Below, one piece after another: positions 57,501 through 64,000 of a stretch of 64,000 bases of DNA. The DNA comes from Bacteroidota bacterium (GTDB lineage: Bacteria > Bacteroidota > Bacteroidia > Flavobacteriales > Flavobacteriaceae): the NCBI GenBank assembly GCA_041191945.1, contig JBEENX010000004.1:7051-71050 (forward strand), given 5' to 3'. A program made the position numbers and the translations under genes. Under the pieces are notes generated by a model. That model worked only from the letters and a program-made list of their open reading frames with translations, was not told the DNA's origin and ran no database searches. Numbering within the stretch: the first letter of the stretch is position 1; every line of letters starts with the position of its first letter.

Positions 57501-58201
57501 CAGCTACTAATTTTAATGGAAATGCTACATCTGCGACCAATGTTTCTGGAGTAGTAGCTATAGCCAATGGAGGAACTGGCGCTACCACAGCAACAGGTGC
57601 TATTAATGCTTTGTTGCCTAGTCAAGCAAGTGCTAATGGAAAAGTGTTAACATCTGACGGTACTAATGTGAGTTGGTCTTCTCCAGGAGGAAATACCCAC
57701 TATGTAGGTGAATCGTATGGTGGTGGAATTGTATTTTATACTTATGATAATGGAGCTCATGGTTTGATTGCTGGCGTTGGAGGTAATTTGACTTACAAAT
57801 GGTCTACCGCAATAACTCCTATTGCTGCTAGATCAAAAGGAGTTTTAGGCGGAAAAGTCAATTCCATGTTAATATTGTCTAATATGAAAATAGAATCATC
57901 TATTTATGCTGCTCAAGCTGCTAATGAATATTCAGTTACTTCCAACGGTTTTACTTTTGGAGACTGGTATCTTCCTTCGATGGATGAAATGTGTTTACTA
58001 AAAGATTTTTGTGTCGCTAATAATTCAAATATTTTAGTGAGTGGAAGAGAATATTGGACATCAAATGATGATGATGTAAGAAGTGATGGTGTTGCATGGC
58101 AATTTGTATATAATGGGGGAGCTACAGTATGTAATGACCCGGGACATAGAGTACAATGGAGATCTGTGCTTAACTATATTGTGCCAATTAGAGCATTTTA
58201 A
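54557..58201 (+). CDS. Large modular surface fibre/adhesin-like protein with two DUF1566 (Lcl)-like domains
   Basis: Signal peptide, QGITYQAV N-domain, NTA.G..AL beta-roll repeats, DWYIPSRDEL..YWSS..VRFVRSF and DWYLPSMDEM..YWTS..IRAF domains. Confidence 0.82.
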   Translation: MKKIVLLITLLFSVVTFAQNQGITYQAVLYNTKGESLPGINNPTSPMINKSVCLQFSIIDSNSQIEYQEKATVITDAFGMVNLVIGNGTQTGGYASSFATIVWSNGQKKLKVSLDQTGNCTVYEEINNQLLTYVPYALNASNATTVSGVVGIANGGTNATTILGAKTNLQLQNVDNTSDLNKPVSTATRVVLDTKVDKVTGKGLSTEDFTTAEKTKLASLTGTPDLSGYATVTSLTDAVTNKFVDLTTNQSIAGNKNFTSDIQVNGLTIGKGKGQNDQNTAVGAGALNSSNSNGTRNTAVGALALANYAGTTFDNNTGVGYFNMIGLTTGYGNTSLGAETMFNVGAASNNTAIGNQSLINAAGDNNVGVGARSGDGLTTGTNNTFLGTQARTLGSSSTISNSTALGYDAVVSTNNTIQLGNTAITDVKTNGAITATKFKIPNGTASQFLMADGSVSNSAGVPYSGATTSVNLGNNNLQANQITTNSLSVGNINNMAVGMKGTGETNYFGNGSMAYSPGGFANTAFGTLTLSETQGDENTALGSQAMRSNTTGAKNTAVGRASLGGNLTGSSNTAIGYNTRVGSNNLTNTTVIGANAIVSASNTIQLGDTNVTSVKTSGKLTTGSITLPNTDGTSGQVLSTNGSGVVSWITPSSVNTSNLVDLTTNQTVAGNKTFSGITTVSNTTASTTTTSGALVVAGGAGITGNVNVGGNETISGSLGIGTTATNSSAALEVNSTTKGILFPRVTLAQRDLIASPAKGLVVMCTDCGQTGGELGELQVFNGSRWTNAVGTDASGVSAGVGVPAIGSSFQGGLVAYILAPTDPGYEAGKIKGLIVTATDISSAAGIRYDAGTAILGINNVGTAIGTGLANTVASYTAYGSVNRSIPKIAMDYSVVENGVTYDDWYIPSRDELLKIHANKALLGSFPSSRGYWSSSLWTNSQALTMVVFSDTRGYYGGDGTDDGRNRVRFVRSFSIPIQTTITATNFNGNATSATNVSGVVAIANGGTGATTATGAINALLPSQASANGKVLTSDGTNVSWSSPGGNTHYVGESYGGGIVFYTYDNGAHGLIAGVGGNLTYKWSTAITPIAARSKGVLGGKVNSMLILSNMKIESSIYAAQAANEYSVTSNGFTFGDWYLPSMDEMCLLKDFCVANNSNILVSGREYWTSNDDDVRSDGVAWQFVYNGGATVCNDPGHRVQWRSVLNYIVPIRAF

Positions 58202-58221
58202 TTTAAAATTTTTAATTTCTT

Positions 58222-58255
58222 AAAATAAGCTGCCCATCAAGCAGCTTATTTTTTT
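58222..58255 (+). terminator. Terminator after fibre gene
   Basis: AAAATAAGCTGC...GCAGCTTATTTT plus T tract. Confidence 0.85.
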
Positions 58256-58276
58256 ATATTTACATTAAAAAAACAT

Positions 58277-58864
58277 ATGAAACTAACTACTTTAACCTGT
58301 TGTATTGCATTTCTTTTTAGTTGCCAAAACAAAGCGCAAAACGCTACTGTAACTGCTACTAATTCTAAAATGACTCCTATGACGAAACAATCTATTCATC
58401 AATTTAAGGTTACTGATTTGTCTGGTAATTCTTTTGATTTTGCTTCTTTAAAAGGGAAAAAAGTAATGGTAGTCAATACCGCTTCTAAATGTGGCTTAAC
58501 ACCGCAGTACAAAGATTTAGAATCGTTGTATAAAACTTATAAAGACCAAGGATTTGTTATTGTTGGTTTTCCGGCTAATAATTTTGCTTCGCAAGAACCC
58601 GGAACCAATGAAGAGATTGCACAGTTTTGCCAATTGAATTACGGAGTTTCTTTTCCAATGATGGCTAAAGTTTCGGTGAAAGGAAATGATATGTGCGAAG
58701 TGTATCAGTTTTTGACGCAACAATCTAAAAATGGTGTACAAGATTCTCAAGTGGAATGGAATTTCCAAAAATATTTGTTGAATGAAAAAGGAGAATTAGT
58801 AAAAGTGATTTCGCCAAGAACGTTGCCAACAGATGCTGAAATTGTCAATTGGATTAAAAATTAA
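58277..58864 (+). CDS. Glutathione peroxidase family protein (Cys type, lipoprotein signal)
   Basis: VNTASKCG.TPQY, GFP.NNF..QEPG, WNFQKYL; lipobox LFSC. Confidence 0.94.
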   Translation: MKLTTLTCCIAFLFSCQNKAQNATVTATNSKMTPMTKQSIHQFKVTDLSGNSFDFASLKGKKVMVVNTASKCGLTPQYKDLESLYKTYKDQGFVIVGFPANNFASQEPGTNEEIAQFCQLNYGVSFPMMAKVSVKGNDMCEVYQFLTQQSKNGVQDSQVEWNFQKYLLNEKGELVKVISPRTLPTDAEIVNWIKN

Positions 58865-58866
58865 AT

Positions 58867-58899
58867 AAAAAAAGGTTGTCTATTGACAACCTTTTTTTT
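58867..58899. terminator. Bidirectional terminator
   Basis: AAAAAAAGGTTGTC-TATT-GACAACCTTTTTTT. Confidence 0.85.
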
Positions 58900-59392
58900 A
58901 TAAAATGAGTTGAACAAAAACCGAGTCCAACCATCTGTCAAATTTAAAACCCGATTCTTTGATTATACCTACCGTTTTGAATCCGAATTGATGATGAAAG
59001 TCAATACTTTTTTGATTTTCGGCATCAATAACGCCAATCATAGTATGCAATCCTTGTTCTTTTGCTAAGTGAATTAATTCGGTTAGTATCAGTTTTCCAA
59101 TGCCCAATCCTTGACTATTCTGGTTGACATAGACAGAATGCTCAACGGTGTATTTATAGGCTTCTCTAAATCGAAATTCAGAGTACATTCCGAAACCAAC
59201 TACAGCACCATCATTTTCGGCCACAATTACAGGAAACCCTGCTTGTAGTTTTGATTCTAAAATCGATTCTTGTTGTGCTAAACTCCGAATAGAATAATCG
59301 TATAAAGCTGTAGAATGTAAGATGTTATAATTGATAATATCAAGTATAGCTCCTGCGTCTGATTTTTGGTAATCCCGAATTGTAATTGCCAT
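58898..59392 (-). CDS. GNAT acetyltransferase (phosphinothricin/methionine sulfoximine acetyltransferase-like)
   Basis: FR.REAY..TVEHSVYV...QG.G.G, N..SI.FH...GF, GFKF.RWLD. Confidence 0.9.
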   Translation of the reverse strand: MAITIRDYQKSDAGAILDIINYNILHSTALYDYSIRSLAQQESILESKLQAGFPVIVAENDGAVVGFGMYSEFRFREAYKYTVEHSVYVNQNSQGLGIGKLILTELIHLAKEQGLHTMIGVIDAENQKSIDFHHQFGFKTVGIIKESGFKFDRWLDSVFVQLIL

Positions 59393-60618
59393 TATTTTTT
59401 TTTCTTTGGAGCGGGTTTCACTATTGTTTTTTGTCGTTCTAAAAGATCCGCAAGCAATTTATCAGCTTCTTTGCCATCCCATCCCATGCTGGTGCTAAAC
59501 GCTTTTGCTTTTTTAGTCATGACAATAGCTACGGGAATGTTGTTTAATTTTCTTTGAACACGGGCTTCAAGTAAAATTCCGTCATACGATTCTTCTAATT
59601 CATTGGAATGTTTAATCCAGCTTAAGGATTGGTTCAGACTAGGTGCATCCGTTGAATTTCGCATTACATTTAAAACAATCTCTTTGATGTTTTTTGGGCT
59701 ATTCCAAACGTATTTTTTGATATTTTCAGTGGCTAGTTTTTTATATTGGGTCCAATCTTTATTGGTTTCATAATGATCTAAATCGTATTGAAATAACAAC
59801 GAATCAATAACTGGAGCTGTAATTGTTTTTGCAATAGCACGTTGTTTAGTATAATTAGCCGTATCACTTGTTTTTACAATAGGTTTTAACAGTTCAATTA
59901 CACTATTTTTAAACTTATCATTGACTCTTTTTTGAGATGTAATAGCAGCAAAAGCCTGTTGATTGTTAATCACAAATAGGTATTCTCTTGAGCTAATATC
60001 ACTTACTCCATTAGTAAAAATTTTCCAATTAATCTCACTAACCATTTTTTCATCAGGAAGTTGTTCAAAATATTCATGTGCAATCGGATTTAATTCTTTC
60101 CTATCGTTACCTTTTTTAAGCGCAACTAAATAACGCATTAAATTGATTCCATTGGTTTTATCTTTTTCATATTCGGCTTTTAGAAAAGGTAATTGTTGTT
60201 TAGGATTTAAAGCGATTTTTACTTCCGCAAGAAATTTGTCTTTTTTTAATTCACCTGTAAAACGAGCTAGTTCTATTCCATTAGTGTCAAGCACTAAAAA
60301 AGTAGGGAAGGTTTTGATGTTGTATTTGCTTTTGAAAGATTCAGAACCTGCTTTTTCAAAATCTAATCCTGCAAAAACATAATTGGTATTCATAAAAGCA
60401 ATTACTTCTTGATCCTTTAAAGTAGTAGCTTTAATGTTTTTACAATGCGGACACCAATTGGCATAAACCATATAAAAAACAGGCTTATTTTCAGTTTTAG
60501 CACGTTGAATAACAGCTTCTAAACCACTTTCATCAAAACGAATAGAATCTTGTGCGTAAATTGTAAAAGTAAATAATAAAAAAAATAAACTAATTAAGTG
60601 TTTCAAGTGGGGCTTCAT
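59392..60618 (-). CDS. Periplasmic thioredoxin-family protein
   Basis: Signal peptide, WCPHC, FPTF cis-Pro loop, helical C-terminal region. Confidence 0.88.
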   Translation of the reverse strand: MKPHLKHLISLFFLLFTFTIYAQDSIRFDESGLEAVIQRAKTENKPVFYMVYANWCPHCKNIKATTLKDQEVIAFMNTNYVFAGLDFEKAGSESFKSKYNIKTFPTFLVLDTNGIELARFTGELKKDKFLAEVKIALNPKQQLPFLKAEYEKDKTNGINLMRYLVALKKGNDRKELNPIAHEYFEQLPDEKMVSEINWKIFTNGVSDISSREYLFVINNQQAFAAITSQKRVNDKFKNSVIELLKPIVKTSDTANYTKQRAIAKTITAPVIDSLLFQYDLDHYETNKDWTQYKKLATENIKKYVWNSPKNIKEIVLNVMRNSTDAPSLNQSLSWIKHSNELEESYDGILLEARVQRKLNNIPVAIVMTKKAKAFSTSMGWDGKEADKLLADLLERQKTIVKPAPKKKK

Positions 60619-60767
60619 AGCAAAGTATTTATATGTTGATCACAAATATATTTTGTTTTTTAGAATTCACCTCAAATTTATATTGGATTTTACTAACAGA
60701 ATAGAATTACAATTGTAAATTTGTTCTTCATTTGAGTTTTTATTCTAAAAAAGAAGTATTGAACATC

Positions 60768-62423
60768 ATGTTATACCCCAAAATACCTTTGGCGCAAAGC
60801 CTCTTGGAGATTTTTTTAGCCAAAGGAATTACTAATATAATCATTTCGCCTGGTTCACGAAATGCGCCTTTAACGATTGGTTTTGCCTCCAATCCCGCTT
60901 TTCAATGTTACAGTATTGCCGATGAGCGTTCAGCAGGTTTTTTTGCTTTAGGCATAGCCCAGCAAACTAAAAAACCAGTGGCTTTAGTTTGTACTTCGGG
61001 GTCGGCATTATTGAATTATTACCCTGCTTTTGCAGAAGCTTTTTACAGCCAAATTCCTTTAATTGTTCTTTCTGCCGATCGTCCTCAAAGTAAAATAGAC
61101 ATTGGCGACGGTCAAACCATTCGTCAAGAAAATGTATTTGCAAATCATTCGTTATGCAATGCTAATTTACACGAATTAGCCAGTCAAGAAAATGATATAA
61201 AAATTAATGAAGCCTTGGATACGGCTTTCGCCAAAAAAGGACCGGTACACATAAATGCTCCGTTTGAAGAACCTTTGTATGAAACGGTTGAATCCTTGTC
61301 AGTACAACCTGTTATCACTCATCCTCAATTGATTCCTTCAACTCTTTCGGATTTGAGTGCTTTCGCCAAAATTTGGAATCAATCTACAAGAAAAATGATT
61401 TTGGTGGGGGTAAATGAGCCGAATGCTATCGATGACGAAACACTTAATTTTTTTGCAAATGATGAGTCGGTAACTGTTTGGACAGAAACGACTTCGAATG
61501 TGCATCATCCTAGTTTTATTACGAATATTGATACGATAATTACACCTTTTACTAGTGACAATTTCGAGGATTTTCAACCGGAAATACTGGTGACTTTTGG
61601 AGGGATGATCGTGTCTAAACGAATCAAGGCTTTTTTACGAAAATACCAACCCAAACACCATTGGCACATTGATACATTACGAGCCTATGATACTTTTGGA
61701 GCTTTGACTCAGCATTTTCAAGTTAGTCCGCAAGCGTTTTTTAATCAGTTTCTTCCGTTGACAATATCGGTAATTAGCGATTATGCGCAACGATTAGAGA
61801 ATGTTAAACAAAATAGGAGGGTAAAACACGACGCCTATTTGGCAACAATTCCGTTTTCAGATTTTAAGGTTTTTGATAAAGTTATTCCACGTTTACCTAA
61901 GAATAGCCAACTCCAAATTAGTAATAGTTCAGCCATTCGTTATGCACAATTGATTCCAATAGATACTTCTATTGAAGTGTATTGCAATCGAGGAACGAGT
62001 GGAATAGATGGCGCTACTTCGACAGCTATTGGAGCGGCTGTTGCCAATAAAAAACAAACTACTTTTATAACTGGGGATATTGGATTTTTATATGATACTA
62101 ATGCCCTTTGGAACAATTATATCCCGAAAAATTTCAAAATTATTCTAATCAATAATGGAGGAGGAGGGATATTTAGGATTCTCCCAGGTCATAAAGAAAC
62201 ACCTGTTTTTAACACTTTTTTTGAAACTTCGCATTGCCTTACTGCTGAACATTTAGCTAAAATGTATGGTTTCAATTACAGTATAGCTAGTGATGAAAAC
62301 AGCTTAGAAAAGGCGTTGACAAATTTATTTGCTACTAACGACCGACCTGCTTTATTGGAAGTATTTACACCAACTCGTGAAAACGATACTGTTTTGCTGA
62401 ATTACTTTAAGAATTTAGTATAA
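60768..62423 (+). CDS. menD: SEPHCHC synthase
   Basis: ISPGSRNAPL, DERSAGF.ALG, CTSGSA, NRGTSGIDG, GD..F.YD, NNGGG.IF; ATG 60768. Confidence 0.96.
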   Translation: MLYPKIPLAQSLLEIFLAKGITNIIISPGSRNAPLTIGFASNPAFQCYSIADERSAGFFALGIAQQTKKPVALVCTSGSALLNYYPAFAEAFYSQIPLIVLSADRPQSKIDIGDGQTIRQENVFANHSLCNANLHELASQENDIKINEALDTAFAKKGPVHINAPFEEPLYETVESLSVQPVITHPQLIPSTLSDLSAFAKIWNQSTRKMILVGVNEPNAIDDETLNFFANDESVTVWTETTSNVHHPSFITNIDTIITPFTSDNFEDFQPEILVTFGGMIVSKRIKAFLRKYQPKHHWHIDTLRAYDTFGALTQHFQVSPQAFFNQFLPLTISVISDYAQRLENVKQNRRVKHDAYLATIPFSDFKVFDKVIPRLPKNSQLQISNSSAIRYAQLIPIDTSIEVYCNRGTSGIDGATSTAIGAAVANKKQTTFITGDIGFLYDTNALWNNYIPKNFKIILINNGGGGIFRILPGHKETPVFNTFFETSHCLTAEHLAKMYGFNYSIASDENSLEKALTNLFATNDRPALLEVFTPTRENDTVLLNYFKNLV

Positions 62424-62453
62424 AAAAGGAGTTTATTAATTAACTCCTTTTTT
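62422..62453. terminator. Bidirectional terminator
   Basis: AAAAAAGGAGTT...AACTCCTTTTTT. Confidence 0.82.
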
Positions 62454-62454
62454 A

Positions 62455-63807
62455 TTATTTCATAGGGATAGGAAATACGGGCAGACTAGTATGCCCTAAT
62501 TCATCAACGGATTGTATGGCAAAGAAATAATTATCTTTAGAATATGGAATAGTAACCGAAGTTTCTTTTACAAAAACAGTTTTTTCCCAATGCGAAGAAG
62601 AAGTTTCTCTAATTAACACATTGTAACCATATACTTTTTTTCCTTCGGGAGCATTCCAAACTAAATCGGAAAAATTAGTCAATTCGCTTATTTTGATACC
62701 AACATTAGTTGGTGCTTTTGGCGCCCAACCTAAATTAGACAGAGAAGCAAGATTAGCACAAGTCACTTTTCGCATGTATTCAAAATCCATGAATTCGGGT
62801 AAATCACCAAATTGAGTTCCTTTTTCAAAACGTACATCTTGGTGTTGATGATCGTAGTTTTCGTTCATTTCGCAAAGGCGAACTGCTGTAAAACCGTTTT
62901 GAGAAAATGGAGTGTGATCACCGCCACGTAAAAATCGGTCGTTTCGATAGACCAATTGAATGTTTAATTGATCTACATATTGACTAGTTGTAGATTTAAT
63001 ATACCGGGCTAATTGACGGGAAGGACTATCATTTTCTCGATTAGTTGCTTTACGAATTTTAGCTTCAGCTTCCGTTTCTAAATAGGGAATCGTTTCGCTA
63101 AAAACACGCACGTTGACGTTGTCGCGCAATCCTGTTCCGTTAGATAAACTATTCCCAATCATATCGTTGTTTAGCATTGCAACGATGTTCCAATTTTCTT
63201 CTTTGGCTTTGTCGGCCAAATGCTTAGCCCCATATAACCCTTGTTCTTCACCTACCACAGCCACAAAAATGATAGTAAAAGGGAATTCTCTTTTACACAT
63301 GATTCGGCTAATTTCCATCATAGCGGCTACTCCAGAACCATCGTCATTAGCTCCTGGAGCATCAATGGTCGTATTCATTACATCAGAGGCACGAGAATCA
63401 AGATGACCACTAATTAGTAAAACTCTATTATCTGTTGGATCAGTACCTTTTAAAGTCGCCATGACATTGCCTAATTGACTGTCAGTTGCTATTCTTTTTC
63501 CATCAGCTTTAACAGAAAAATAATCAATTACTGCAGTCATTCTTCCATTAGATTCTTTTGCATATTTATCAAATTCTGATTTTACCCAACGTTGTGCGGC
63601 ACCAATACCTCTTGTATTGCTTTTGGTATCACTAAGGGTATGGCGTGTGCCAAAAGAAACTAGTTTGTTAATAGTAGTTTGCATAGTAGCAGCACTTACT
63701 TCTGAGATCATTTTTTTTATTTCAGGATCATTTATAGAGGTTTGTGCATTAGTTATTTGGAATGGTAACCCTATCGAAACAATAAATATAAAGGAAAGAA
63801 TTTTCAT
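62455..63807 (-). CDS. M28 family metallopeptidase with C-terminal FN3-like domain
   Basis: GHLDS, GANDDGSG, GEEQGL.G, NNDM, GGDH, H...D; signal peptide from ATG 63807. Confidence 0.9.
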   Translation of the reverse strand: MKILSFIFIVSIGLPFQITNAQTSINDPEIKKMISEVSAATMQTTINKLVSFGTRHTLSDTKSNTRGIGAAQRWVKSEFDKYAKESNGRMTAVIDYFSVKADGKRIATDSQLGNVMATLKGTDPTDNRVLLISGHLDSRASDVMNTTIDAPGANDDGSGVAAMMEISRIMCKREFPFTIIFVAVVGEEQGLYGAKHLADKAKEENWNIVAMLNNDMIGNSLSNGTGLRDNVNVRVFSETIPYLETEAEAKIRKATNRENDSPSRQLARYIKSTTSQYVDQLNIQLVYRNDRFLRGGDHTPFSQNGFTAVRLCEMNENYDHQHQDVRFEKGTQFGDLPEFMDFEYMRKVTCANLASLSNLGWAPKAPTNVGIKISELTNFSDLVWNAPEGKKVYGYNVLIRETSSSHWEKTVFVKETSVTIPYSKDNYFFAIQSVDELGHTSLPVFPIPMK

Positions 63808-64000
63808 AGCTATTAATTTTAAATTATTCAAAGTTACTTAAAGTGTTTGTTATAACAATATCATTTTTTACAAGATGAAAATTTAGAATATTGTAAGTTA
63901 AATAGAAGTAATTTTATGAAGTGACAACGACTTTCTTAAAGTATGATTTTTATTAATTGATAAAATAATTTTAATAATTCGTAAAGTATTACTACAATTA

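Noticed and set aside
56950-58201. Diversity-generating retroelement targeting the DUF1566-like domains
   Set aside because: No reverse transcriptase and no near-identical template repeat differing at adenines in the window; the two domains are highly diverged. A remote DGR cannot be excluded.
54557-58201. Prophage tail fibre
   Set aside because: Has a Sec signal peptide and there are no phage genes nearby
58277-58864. Selenocysteine glutathione peroxidase
   Set aside because: Active-site codon is TGT (Cys); no in-frame TGA
2059-63841. Numerous 60-160 aa antisense or overlapping ORFs in the track (e.g. 4297-4677, 12848-13327, 31482-31904, 53352-53567)
   Set aside because: They lie within or opposite well-supported genes and show no family motifs

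Overview
Core chromosomal segment of a Flavobacterium-like Bacteroidota genome (AT-rich, TAnnTTTG promoters, T9SS-associated genes). Annotation is by motif recognition only; no database searches were run. Housekeeping content: dapA (3' part)-bamD-rpoZ-coaBC-porD-recN, fabV, GT2-coaE, an RprXY-like two-component system, aroC, a dicarboxylate/amino-acid symporter, hsp20, a DEAD-box helicase, hutG, a minus-strand arginine/proline operon (GNAT argA-like, argG, argC, argD, proA, proB, GxxExxY, argF', argB, argE, argH), glyA, miaE, tRNA-Arg(ACG), a BlaI/M56 locus, tatD/tcdA, maf/kdsC, fused ccsBA, gpx and menD. Most notable observations: (1) a GxxExxY nuclease-fold gene inside the arg operon, bracketed by ~53-bp structured imperfect inverted repeats with a covarying hairpin; (2) an unannotated, probably leaderless 28-codon uORF with CGG Arg codons ahead of the arg operon; (3) a locus of membrane AraC, mini T9SS-CTD protein, beta-barrel and a 1214-aa modular fibre with two DUF1566-like domains; (4) REP-like elements delimiting small orphan genes next to tRNA-Arg; (5) three perfectly phased BlaI-type operators, plus a domain shared between the M56 sensor and its neighbour. 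Two further small CDSs missing from the ORF track were also found. No CRISPR array, rRNA, integrase, transposase or reverse transcriptase is visible.
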